Notes: generated by a model from the letters alone, not told the origin. A DNA stretch of 64,000 nucleotides from Eledone cirrhosa (GCA_964016885.1 OZ024741.1:347138001-347202000); one strand, 5' to 3'. Numbered from the stretch's first letter, positions 1 to 12,773 are shown. Made by a program: numbers and translations.

Positions 1-180
1 TATATATATATATACATATATACATACATATGCATACAGGTACACATACATATATGCACGTATCAGTTTAGCGGCGCTAACGTCGCTTTGTTCGTTTGTA
101 AACAAACTGAACAGCCTGAATTTATGCCATACGGTGTTAAGGCAACCACGTCACCTTTTTGTTCAACACTGACACAGGAA

Positions 181-221
181 CGATGTACTAGTTTCAAGCT
201 TGTTAGCTATCATCAGCACCG
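181..221 (-). ncRNA. Minimal type I hammerhead ribozyme, family A (first of 11 copies in the array)
   Basis: Minus strand reads CGGUG-CUGAUGA-U-AGCU-AACA-AGCU-U-GAAAC-UA-GUA^CAUCG. Stem I CGGUG/CAUCG, intact core, palindromic stem III ACUAGU. Predicted cut between 186 and 185. Confidence 0.9.
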
Positions 222-1112
222 TTTACCCATCTGCCAGATAGTTGAACGTTCGAAAGTATATACTTTCCTTATGAAAATTAACGGCTGAGCAGCCTAATTT
301 GCATATTGAGTGAGTTAAATTGGTCAGGCATACCGAAAACGATAAATTGAAACAAAATGAAAACGAAATTTCATTTCTCACTCTTAGTATGGCACTTACT
401 TAAATGTAAGTATGCATGTATACGTACATACATATATGTATACAGACGTACAGTAGCATGCACATATATATATATATATACATATATACATACATATGCA
501 TACAGGTACACATACATATATGCACGTATCAGTTTAGCGGCGCTAACGTCGCTTTGTTCGTTTGTAAACAAACTGAACAGCCTGAATTTATGCCATACGG
601 TGTTAAGGCAACCACGTCACCTTTTTGTTCAACACTGACACAGGAACGATGTACTAGTTTCAAGCTTGTTAGCTATCATCAGCACCGTTTACCCATCTGC
701 CAGACAGTTGAACGTTCGAAAGTATATACTTTCCTTATGAAAATTAACGGCTGAGCAGCCTAATTTGCATATTGAGTGAGTTAAATCGGTCAGGCATACC
801 GAAAACGATAAATTGAAACAAAATGAAAACGAAATTTCATTTCTCACTCTTAGTATGGCACTTACTTAAATGCAAGTATGCATGTATACGTACATACATA
901 TATGTATACAGACGTACAGTAGCATGCACATATATATATATATATACATATATACATACATATGCATACAGGTACACATACATATATGCACGTATCAGTT
1001 TAGCGGCGCTAACGTCGCTTTGTTCGTTTGTAAACAAACTGAACAGCCTGAATTTATGCCATACGGTGTTAAGGCAACCACGTCACCTTTTTGTTCAACA
1101 CTGACACAGGAA

Positions 1113-1153
1113 CGATGTACTAGTTTTAAGCTTGTTAGCTATCATCAGCACCG
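1113..1153 (-). ncRNA. Family A hammerhead with core mutation GAAA>AAAA (likely inactive); same variant at 2977-3017
   Basis: Plus strand tagttttaag instead of tagtttcaag at positions 1127 and 2991. Confidence 0.8.
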
Positions 1154-4100
1154 TTTACCCATCTGCCAGATAGTTGAACGTTCGAAAGTATATACTTTCC
1201 TTATGAAAATTAACGGCTGAGCAGCCTAATTTGCATATTGAGTGAGTTAAATCGGTCAGGCATACCGAAAACGATAAATTGAAACAAAATGAAAACGAAA
1301 TTTCATTTCTCACTCTTAGTATGGCACTTACTTAAATGCAAGTATGCATGTATACGTACATACATATATGTATACAGACGTACAGTAGCATGCACATATA
1401 TATATATATATACATATATACATACATATGCATACAGGTACACATACATATATGCACGTATCAGTTTAGCGGCGCTAACGTCGCTTTGTTCGTTTGTAAA
1501 CAAACTGAACAGCCTGAATTTATGCCATACGGTGTTAAGGCAACCACGTCACCTTTTTGTTCAACACTGACACAGGAACGATGTACTAGTTTCAAGCTTG
1601 TTAGCTATCATCAGCACCGTTTACCCATCTGCCAGATAGTTGAACGTTCGAAAGTATATACTTTCCTTATGAAAATTAACGGCTGAGCAGCCTAATTTGC
1701 ATATTGAGTGAGTTAAATCGGTCAGGCATACCGAAAACGATAAATTGAAACAAAATGAAAACGAAATTTCATTTCTCACTCTTAGTATGGCACTTACTTA
1801 AATGTAAGTATGCATGTATACGTACATACATATATGTATACAGACGTACAGTAGCATGCACATATATATATATATATACATATATACATACATATGCATA
1901 CAGGTACACATACATATATGCACGTATCAGTTTAGCGGCGCTAACGTCGCTTTGTTCGTTTGTAAACAAACTGAACAGCCTGAATTTATGCCATACGGTG
2001 TTAAGGCAACCACGTCACCTTTTTGTTCAACACTGACACAGGAACGATGTACTAGTTTCAAGCTTGTTAGCTATCATCAGCACCGTTTACCCATCTGCCA
2101 GATAGTTGAACGTTCGAAAGTATATACTTTCCTTATGAAAATTAACGGCTGAGCAGCCTAATTTGCATATTGAGTGAGTTAAATTGGTCAGGCATACCGA
2201 AAACGATAAATTGAAACAAAATGAAAACGAAATTTCATTTCTCACTCTTAGTATGGCACTTACTTAAATGTAAGTATGCATGTATACGTACATACATATA
2301 TGTATACAGACGTACAGTAGCATGCACATATATATATATATATACATATATACATACATATGCATACAGGTACACATACATATATGCACGTATCAGTTTA
2401 GCGGCGCTAACGTCGCTTTGTTCGTTTGTAAACAAACTGAACAGCCTGAATTTATGCCATACGGTGTTAAGGCAACCACGTCACCTTTTTGTTCAACACT
2501 GACACAGGAACGATGTACTAGTTTCAAGCTTGTTAGCTATCATCAGCACCGTTTACCCATCTGCCAGACAGTTGAACGTTCGAAAGTATATACTTTCCTT
2601 ATGAAAATTAACGGCTGAGCAGCCTAATTTGCATATTGAGTGAGTTAAATCGGTCAGGCATACCGAAAACGATAAATTGAAACAAAATGAAAACGAAATT
2701 TCATTTCTCACTCTTAGTATGGCACTTACTTAAATGCAAGTATGCATGTATACGTACATACATATATGTATACAGACGTACAGTAGCATGCACATATATA
2801 TATATATATACATATATACATACATATGCATACAGGTACACATACATATATGCACGTATCAGTTTAGCGGCGCTAACGTCGCTTTGTTCGTTTGTAAACA
2901 AACTGAACAGCCTGAATTTATGCCATACGGTGTTAAGGCAACCACGTCACCTTTTTGTTCAACACTGACACAGGAACGATGTACTAGTTTTAAGCTTGTT
3001 AGCTATCATCAGCACCGTTTACCCATCTGCCAGATAGTTGAACGTTCGAAAGTATATACTTTCCTTATGAAAATTAACGGCTGAGCAGCCTAATTTGCAT
3101 ATTGAGTGAGTTAAATCGGTCAGGCATACCGAAAACGATAAATTGAAACAAAATGAAAACGAAATTTCATTTCTCACTCTTAGTATGGCACTTACTTAAA
3201 TGCAAGTATGCATGTATACGTACATACATATATGTATACAGACGTACAGTAGCATGCACATATATATATATATATACATATATACATACATATGCATACA
3301 GGTACACATACATATATGCACGTATCAGTTTAGCGGCGCTAACGTCGCTTTGTTCGTTTGTAAACAAACTGAACAGCCTGAATTTATGCCATACGGTGTT
3401 AAGGCAACCACGTCACCTTTTTGTTCAACACTGACACAGGAACGATGTACTAGTTTCAAGCTTGTTAGCTATCATCAGCACCGTTTACCCATCTGCCAGA
3501 TAGTTGAACGTTCGAAAGTATATACTTTCCTTATGAAAATTAACGGCTGAGCAGCCTAATTTGCATATTGAGTGAGTTAAATCGGTCAGGCATACCGAAA
3601 ACGATAAATTGAAACAAAATGAAAACGAAATTTCATTTCTCACTCTTAGTATGGCACTTACTTAAATGTAAGTATGCATGTATACGTACATACATATATG
3701 TATACAGACGTACAGTAGCATGCACATATATATATATATATACATATATACATACATATGCATACAGGTACACATACATATATGCACGTATCAGTTTAGC
3801 GGCGCTAACGTCGCTTTGTTCGTTTGTAAACAAACTGAACAGCCTGAATTTATGCCATACGGTGTTAAGGCAACCACGTCACCTTTTTGTTCAACACTGA
3901 CACAGGAACGATGTACTAGTTTCAAGCTTGTTAGCTATCATCAGCACCGTTTACCCATCTGCCAGATAGTTGAACGTTCGAAAGTATATACTTTCCTTAT
4001 GAAAATTAACGGCTGAGCAGCCTAATTTGCATATTGAGTGAGTTAAATCGGTCAGGCATACCGAAAACGATAAATTGAAACAAAATGAAAACGAAATTTC

Positions 4101-5196
4101 ATTTCTCACTCTTAGTATGGCACCTACTTAAATGCAAGTATGCATGTATACGTACATACATATATGTATACAGACGTACAGTAGCATGCACATATATATA
4201 TATATATACATATATACATACATATGCATACAGGTTCACATACATATATGCACGTATCAGTTTAGCGGCGCTAACGTCGCTTTGTTCGTTTGTAAACAAA
4301 CTGAACAGCCTGAATTTATGCCATACGGTGTTAAGGCAACCACGTCACCTTTTTGTTCAACACTGACACAGGAACGATGTACTAGTTTCAAGCTTGTTAG
4401 CTATCATCAGCACCGTTTACCCATCTGCCAGATAGTTGAACGTTCGAAAGTATATACTTTCCTTATGAAAATTAACGGCTGAGCAGCCTAATTTGCATAT
4501 TGAGTGAGTTAAATCGGTCAGGCATACCGAAAACGATAAATTGAAACAAAATGAAAACGAAATTTCATTTCTCACTCTTAGTATGGCACTTACTTAAATG
4601 CAAGTATGCATGTATACGTACATACATATATGTATACAGACGTACAGTATCATGCACATATATATATATATATATACATATATACATACATATGCATACA
4701 GGTACACATACATATATGCACGTATCAGTTTAGCGGCGCTAACGTCGCTTTGTTCGTTTGTAAACAAACTGAACAGCCTGAATTTATGCCATACGGTGTT
4801 AAGGCAACCACGTCACCTTATTGTTCAACACTGACACAGGAACGATGTACTAGTTTCAAGCTTGTTAGCTATCATCAGCACCGTTTACCCATCTGCCAGA
4901 TAGTTGAACGTTCGAAAGTATATACTTTCCTTATGAAAATTAACGGCTGAGCAGCCTAATTTGCATATTGAGTGAGTTAAATCGGTCAGGCATACCGAAA
5001 ACGATAAATTGAAACAAAATGAAAACGAAATTTCATTTCTCACTCTTAGTATGGCACTTACTTAAATGTAAGTATGCATGTATACGTACATACATATATG
5101 TATACAGACGTACAGTAGCATGCACATATATATATATATATACATATATACATACATATGCATACAGGTACACATACATATATGCACGTATCAGTT

Positions 5197-5326
5197 AAAC
5201 TGATACGTGCATATATGTATGTGTACCTGTATGCATATGTATGTATATATGTATATATATATATATATGTGCATGCTACTGTACGTCTGTATACATATAT
5301 GTATGTACGTATACATGCATACTTGC

Positions 5327-5329
<3 letters not shown>
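5197..5329 (+). repeat. Inverted partial copy of the 466-bp unit capping the array, followed by (TA)n/(CA)n
   Basis: Junction gtatcagtt|aaactgatac; the downstream sequence is the reverse complement of ~5065-5196. Confidence 0.92.
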
Positions 5330-5363
<34 letters not shown>

Positions 5364-5372
5364 GCCACTCAC

Positions 5373-5507
<135 letters not shown>

Positions 5508-6899
5508 ACTGTGTTGTAGCACCGTTCGTTCAACAGAGAAATGCATGAATTGTTATACGATGACTGACATTTCTATTAAATTTACAAACAGTTTCGCCAG
5601 TGCCGAAGGACTGAAGCAATGAGAAATTAAATGCCTGCCTGAAGAATATAAGGCGCTAATTAATATCGAACTCATTACGATAATGTCGTGACTGGAAACA
5701 TGACTTTAAAGCCCGCTAAGATCAATTTGCGTTGCCCCCCCCCCCCGTCTATGGAATAAAATGTAACTCATGTACAGGGCTTGTTATAATGGACATTTAT
5801 CTTACCACTAATAATTAGCCCTCTGTCTCAATTAGAAATAATTATTCAGACAGCTCCTCAAGTTTTGAAATTCTCTTGTGATATGTTCTGGGTTTATATT
5901 TCATGACACTGGGCAATACTTATAACGCAGATTCTAAATACATATTTTAGATTGGTAATTCCATAAATTATTTAGTGGGTTTTCCCAATATTTAGACTAT
6001 AAATCAATATATTTTATTATTATAATATATCTAGACAAAATATAGTGCCAGAGGAAATATTATTCAGCTCAGTAAACTTTTCATAAGGCATTTATATTCG
6101 ACTGTACTCTAAACTTTCTACTTGTTCTGACTTCGTGTAGATTTATTTTACCAATTAATGGTTTTATTCGCACATGTCGCATATATATTTCAACATGTAT
6201 TCAGTGAGGTAAGAGATTAATAGCAAAATTATATTTCGGGATATAGTTAGATAATTGTTCGAGCAGATAATGGAATTGACAATGAAATAGGCGCGAAATA
6301 AAACATATATAGGAATGACACCACCAATCGCACATATTCCATGATATGAAGTTTTAACACACACACACTCACACACATTAGCGGGTACAAATGCACTAAA
6401 TTCTGCTGGCCACCAAAGCTAGCGGTAAGTAAATTTTGGCTGGTCTGAACTCCAACTGACTCTATGAAGTTGTCGGCCGAGGTGGTGGGGAACTGGTAGA
6501 TAGAGAGAGTAATCAAGGTTGGTGGTATCCTCGGTTGTATTTGAGTGATCTGCCACCCACACCCCTGTGACTAAGCAGGGCTGTGAGGAGGTCTTGAAAA
6601 ATTAGAAGCGAGCGGCCACTCGAAGAAAAAACATACACTTTTTTTTAGTCCGCTCCCTTCCACCCAAAATTGCCTCGGAAATCTTAACCTTTTAATCTAT
6701 TTTTGCTGCCTGAAGAAATCACGATAACTATCGTCATTGAAATATGCATAACAACTCTATTAATAAAGGACGCTAACATCTTCAACTTCGCATTCGTATT
6801 TTCCTCTTTATTAATATATTCCGTCATCCTTGTTTTTAGGAAGTAATCTGTCGTTCAGTGCTAGAAGTGAATTTCATCCATGTATACCGAATGCACACA

Positions 6900-6969
<70 letters not shown>

Positions 6970-6976
<7 letters not shown>

Positions 6977-7163
6977 ATACTTTGGGGTGTCATGCTAAAA
7001 ATAAAAACACGCGCACACGTCGATTTTTAAATTCAATCTATTATAAATTTCCGGTTGGCTGGTTGGTTCGGTAATGGATCGTTTTTTTATACATTGTCAA
7101 AGTCACAGAATATCTGACGAAAGATCTTTGACAATATATAAACAACCATCCGGCTATCGAACC

Positions 7164-7165
<2 letters not shown>
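6970..7165. mobile_element. Degenerate fold-back fragment of HHR family C (relative of 13794-14406), inverted within the ribozyme
   Basis: Shares attgttatactttggg...tataaatttccggttg with 13794 onward; contains gtcacagaatatctgacGAAAGATCTTTgac; flanked by (TA)n on both sides. Confidence 0.7.
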
Positions 7166-7204
<39 letters not shown>

Positions 7205-7261
7205 AGATTAAGGAAAAGCGAAGTAGTTTCAGATGTTCAAGTCTTTTAATAATAATATAAT

Positions 7262-7442
7262 AATTGTTTCTACTTTAAGCACAAGGCCAGCAATTACCCA
7301 GTTCATTACTGGTACTTTATTTTATCGACCCCATAAGGATGAAAGGCAAAGTCAATCTCGGCGGGATTTGAACTCAGATCGTAAAGGGACGTAACTGTGC
7401 TGGAAAGCATGGCGTCCGACCCTCTACCGATACTGCCAATCC
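7262..7442 (-). mobile_element. tRNA-derived SINE with target-site duplication
   Basis: B-box GAGTTCAAATCCC on the minus strand; body shared with ~12 copies in the window; TSD aagtcttttaataataat at 7239 and 7443. Confidence 0.9.
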
Positions 7443-8021
7443 AAGTCTTTTAATAATAATGCTGTGATATATATTTCAATGGCGACAGTGGATACACTGT
7501 TCCGTGCGCCAGTTTCGCGACATCGTCAGACAGCTTGATACATAATAAGGTTATGTTTCCGAGGCACTCCAAATTGAATCGACATAAGTGTGTGCTTTTG
7601 GGTTCTTCATCCATTCCCCTGTGAGTACCAATTCACCCCTACCGGTCTGCGCAGGCGCAGGTCCGAAGGAAGTTGACCATTAGCTATCGGAGATTTCAAG
7701 GAAATTCGCTTAGTCAGTTCCTCCTCTCAGCCAAACAATGACCCATTCAGGCCTGTAATATAGCTTACTGCTACCTATCACACGTGGCAGTCAGTCGAAA
7801 GCCAGTGGGGATGGGAGTGTGTGAGTATCTATAGGTCTCAATACTACCTCTCACTAAGCATGGACAGTATAGTTGACCATCAACTTCTAAGAGAAAATAT
7901 ATTTAATTCCAGGCATCATGGCTTCACAGTGGAAGTCATGAATGAGAGTTGGAAATTAGAACTAAAAATTAAAATTTAAAATCGAAAATCAGAAATCAAA
8001 TATATTTATATATATATATAT

Positions 8022-8208
8022 AGGAACAAGTAAGACCCCCACGGCTGGGCTCAAGCCGTTTCGACGGCTAATTCCCAGAATTAGCCGTCGAAACCGCTTG
8101 AGCTCAGCCGTCGGGGTCTTACTTGTTCCTATTACCCACTCTACTACCCTAAGTATTGAGTACTTTGGTGCGTTATGGTCCACCTGGTTCCTTACCACGT
8201 TTCCTTCG

Positions 8209-8211
<3 letters not shown>
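8022..8211 (+). mobile_element. Small fold-back element with the 3' half of a hammerhead (family I); second copy at 60674-60920
   Basis: Inverted arms 8022-8074 and 8078-8131; GAAAC-CGCU-UGAGCUC-AGCC-GUC; (TA)n flanks; near-identical to 60674-60920. Confidence 0.75.
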
Positions 8212-8266
<55 letters not shown>

Positions 8267-8335
8267 TGTATTTATATACATATATATATATATATAAATA
8301 TATATATATGTATATATATATATACATACATACAG

Positions 8336-8390
<55 letters not shown>

Positions 8391-8391
<1 letters not shown>

Positions 8392-8491
8392 TGAAATTCT
8401 ACAGGACGAGAACTGTTTCATTCTTGAGAAATTATCAGGAATCCTGATGATTTCTCAAGAATGAAACAGTTCTAATCCTGTTGAATCTCAT
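8391..8491. ncRNA. Palindromic pair of family B hammerheads inside a (TA)n tract
   Basis: Plus strand CUGAUGA-UUUCUCAAGAAU-GAAACAG...CUGUU-GAAU (8444-8486); the minus-strand mirror has CUGAUAA. Same family as 34427-34479. Confidence 0.75.
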
Positions 8492-8600
8492 ATATATATA
8501 TATATATATATATATCAAATGTATATATTGAGTTAGAAACTCAAAATAGTGTCTTACAGTAAATTAGCTCTAGGTAAGAGATTTTTCCGAGCCGTATATT

Positions 8601-8882
8601 ATAACTGAATGAAAAAGAAAAACGAACACAGACATATACATATATGTGTTCAAATCGTAAGGGACCAGATTCGCTAAGGGGAAAAGAATACTAACTATAG
8701 ACAATAGGGTTTGCCAGACTCAATTAAGAATAAATCAAGAAAGTAAATACACACCGGAATTGTGGTAACTACCAATCAGCGGGACAGCTTTGATAATACT
8801 GTTTCGCAATATTAATCTGATCCCTTACGATTTGAACACATATATGTATATATCTGTGTTCGTTTTTCTTTTTTGTTCAGTA

Positions 8883-8883
<1 letters not shown>
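8601..8883. repeat. ~70-bp inverted repeat (8601-8671 and 8815-8883) between TA tracts
   Basis: aaaaacgaacacagacatatacatatatgtgttcaaatcgtaaggga and its reverse complement. Confidence 0.8.
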
Positions 8884-8913
<30 letters not shown>

Positions 8914-8948
8914 CGTGTCTGACTCTGCCTGTGTGTGTTTTTGTGAAT

Positions 8949-9450
8949 GCGCGTGGCTTGGTGCTTAGAACGTTTAAATCGGGTGTTTGTGGGTTCAACT
9001 CTCAGGCCGGGTGGTGCATTGTGGTCTTGGTCAAGACACTTTATTTTTTAGGTTGCTTCAGTTTACTCAGTGGTAGGTAGAAAACATGGTTTCAAGCTGT
9101 ATGGGTCTTTGCCTTTAATTTATATAATTGTTTATACATTTGGCACAAGGCCAGCAATTACCCTACTGTATTACTGGTACTTTATTTTATCGACCCCCGT
9201 AAGGATGAAAGGCAAAGTTAACCTCAGCGGGATTTGAACTCAAATCGTAAAGGGACGTAACTACGCTGGAAAGCGTGTATGACACTCTACCGATACTGCC
9301 AATTCACTGCCCTTTACTGCCAATGTCGGTGGCATTGAGACAGGTGTGCATGAGCGACTGCCGGTCAGCCACAAATAGCCTTGCCCGGACGTGTGTATCA
9401 GAAGGAAAAATTCCTGGTCATTCGTAACGGAAGGGTGTTCTTACCTTTTT
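8949..9450 (+). mobile_element. Older tRNA-derived SINE interrupted by a younger SINE
   Basis: A/B-box-like gtggcttggtgcttag...gggttcaactc head followed by gtggtcttggtcaagacactttattt; sequence resumes after the insert at 9126-9305. Confidence 0.55.
9126..9305 (-). mobile_element. tRNA-derived SINE
   Basis: Same body as 7262-7442. Confidence 0.9.
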
Positions 9451-12400
9451 TACATACATATACACATGCATATGCTAAGATTCAAATTTAAGAAAGCATT
9501 TGATTTTGAAATCACGTCCCATTTTTCCGATGCTTCTTTACCCTACAGACACATATGTGACATACAGACTATATAACATTTCAAAATATACCATTTTGCT
9601 CTTCAGAATCATTATTTCTACAATAGAAAGAAGACATTTTTTTAAAAAATAACCATTTTAAAATATAGATAAATGATTATGACATTGCTTTGTGAAATAT
9701 TTCACCCAGACCACCTACAGCAGTAGAAACAATTACCTCATTGCATATATGCCATATTACAGGACATACTTATTTCGTAAATACGGTAGCAAAATATGTA
9801 ATAGGTTGATGTGTGAACATACTATTCAATTCGAAACTATTTAGTTTGGCTCAATTCAATTGAAATAACTATTTTAAGATTCTGTGTAGCTAATATTTTT
9901 CTCCATGATTTCTCAGTAATCACCGATCCCCGCACCGCTGATTTCATTTATAAAATCGGAAAGAAAGCCGCCTCCAGGAGGTTGGCTGGTTGTTGCAGCA
10001 GGTGTCTCTGGCCATTCTCTGCGGCAATATCCTTGCCAATTTGTCTGTGTGGCTGAAACATCGCAAACTCATTGGTGTAGAATATGATTCTCCCTCATCC
10101 TCACTTTGTTGCTTAATTCCTTTTTTAACTCTTTTCCTTCTTCTCCTTCCTTTTGGTTTCCTTATTGTCATGAATATTATAGCTTTTATTATATTTTCTG
10201 TATAATTTGCAGCAAATTGCCCGACTATGACGAAAGCTTTAAGTCCTTTGAATAGGCAAATCTTTGATCTCAGCTGCACGAGACATTAAACTCACCAGCG
10301 CTTCAGGAGAAAATATGCCGAAAGTAGGCAGGCTGTCTTAACAGTGCCGGAAGGCAAGCATTAACAATTCTGTTTGTCTCTGTCTTGTTTTCTATGAACT
10401 TCTATTCTTTAGTTTTCTCTCACAATATGGAAAGCTAGCATAGAAGAGTAAAGGAAATTATCACAACTAAGCAGAACAAATTATTTCTGATCTTTTACAA
10501 ATGCATTTTCTTCTTTTCTCGCTAAGCATGCAGAAACTTTCTTTGTTTAACACTTATTAAATGGTATCATTTGTATACAATTCAACCTAAGAAATGAAAT
10601 AATGAGGAATATAAAAAGAAACATATATACCACGCGTACATTAAGTATAGTGAAAATTATCAATATTTAATGTTATATTACGCATATTTTTTAACCTGGT
10701 AAAAGCTAAGGCATGCATGTGTTGCATTCTTAGTCCCTTCCTCACTGTGATATACACATATGTATATCCACTGCTACTTTCTTAAATCTTTTGCAAGAAT
10801 ACCTCCATAGAGAAAAATGTAGTGCGAAAATTCATATATCAACCACAAAAAATATGATTACTAACTTCACACTTACAAATAAATCTACATACAGCTCACA
10901 AACCCCTAGCCTTAACTTAATAGGTAATCGCTTGTACATTTTTCAGCACCTACACACACCCTCGCGGACACACACAAACTATTACTACTAATTCTCTTTG
11001 AACCTGTTTCACCTCTCCCCTTCATTCGTACACTTCTACAGTTTTCACTCACTGCTAAATCGTAATAATATCTGCATCACCGTGCTAACTAATTTTCCTA
11101 CTGCCATATTTTACGTTTATCCATCTTCGGCCTAGCCTTCGATCTTTCATCCAGGAAGATGCAGCCGTTTGTAGAGAACATCTGTTCTTCAACTTGATAT
11201 ATTTCTGAATATTTTCTGAATTAATTTTATTCCTTTATTTTCCTATATTAATTCTGCAAATGTTTTAACACGTAACGTAACTCTTTTTTTATTCTTTCCA
11301 TTCGGTATAGTTTCAATGGAAACAATGGTTTACGTATTTTTACATATAATTTGTCACCCACATGATTTCTTCTTCGCTTTTTCTGTAATCTGTTTTAAAG
11401 TCTTACACTGTTCCTTGACCGTTATGTCGTTTATCATTACCGTGTTTTCGCACATAAACATATCTGAACAAATTCTAAAGACCGTCCCAACACCGATGCC
11501 ATATTAGGCCAGTTTTTACCCCGGTTTCCTTGGCGTTAGGAAACTGAGAATATAATGCTTGGTCCCTGGAGAATACGCCATCCCAGCGCAACCTTATGCC
11601 CCCAAATAATGCGTGTGCTCAATCACCCTTGAGTGTACAGATGCAACGTGAAATGAAGTGCTTAGTTCATTAACACAAAATACTAACCTGTCCTATATAT
11701 ATGTAGCGTGATAGACAGAAATGTATATAGATAGATACAGAGAAAGAGAGAAACAGAGAGAGAGACAAAGAGAGAGAAAGATAGATAGATTATATTCTTA
11801 GTACACATGGCATGTGTAGACAATGGATACACACAGATATATGCCATTCTCGTCAGCTAAATTCTGGAAGTATCTTCAATTTCAGTGCATTAATGCCAGT
11901 AATGTCCGGGCCTTACACAGAATAAGAGTTTGCAACAAAACATATGAAGACGAAGAACCTCTGCAAAATAGAACCACATCCACATTTGATAGAGAAAAGG
12001 ACGAAAGAGCGAATGGGGTGGGGGGGGGGGAGATTGAAAGAATGATGGGTTGCTGGATACGATATATATATATTGTTTTAGATAAAATTCAAAAAGTCCT
12101 GTGATGTATAATTCAATAGAAAATTTAATTCAAAATCTGAGCACACTCAACATGGAAACATAACAGAGTAATAGAGAAATATCCCTTTTTCCTCACATGC
12201 ACACTCATTCAAACATATAAACGCACCTATATATATCTATATAGTGAATATGTGATTTGGGGTTTGTATAGCGGTATTCACGTGTGTATTTGTGTGTATT
12301 TAACTGTATGTCTATAATCAGATTTGAGGGAACATGTGTGTGTTTGTGTGTGCATGTGTTTGTGTATGTGTGTGTGTGTATATGTGTGTATGTGTGTGTG

Positions 12401-12772
12401 CGTGTGCGTGTGTGTGTGTGCGTGTGTGTGTGTTTACGTGAATTTGTGAAAACTTTCATAAATGTTTTGTCTGCAATGTATTGTTTCCACAGTCTGTAGT
12501 CAGACAATGGTATTGCTGAATATTCAATTAACTTCTTCAATGATTCCATCCATACAATTTATGATTGTAACACGAGGTATTTCCTTCTTCGTTTTCATTT
12601 TTAGATTTGTCTCGTATTCAAAGACATGATTCTGTCATTGAAATGAATCTAATTTACATACAAATAATATATAAGTATTGATTTCCTAATTACTAATGAA
12701 AACAGACTGAAAGCTTTTTGTACTTTTGTTTCTGCTTCTAATTTGTTGAACCATTACTACTACTACTATTTG

Positions 12773-12773
12773 A

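Larger units (their letters stand above)
1..5196 (-). repeat. Tandem array of ~11 near-identical 466-bp units, each carrying a hammerhead ribozyme (retrozyme-like satellite); runs off the left edge
   Basis: Exact 466-bp periodicity (ORF track repeats at 357, 823, 1289, ...; 2-nt shift in the last unit). HHR motif on the minus strand starts at 181, 647, 1113, 1579, 2045, 2511, 2977, 3443, 3909, 4375 and 4843. Confidence 0.95.

Noticed and set aside
1-5196. CRISPR-like array
   Set aside because: Units are wholly repeated with no unique spacers, there are no cas genes, and the context is eukaryotic.
7350-7442. tRNA genes at GAGTTCAAATCCC motifs
   Set aside because: They are heads of a multi-copy SINE with a shared body and TSDs, with no complete cloverleaf.
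9944-10279. 111-aa non-repetitive ORF (possible host exon)
   Set aside because: No recognisable domain or supported splice structure; needs RNA-seq or a homology search.
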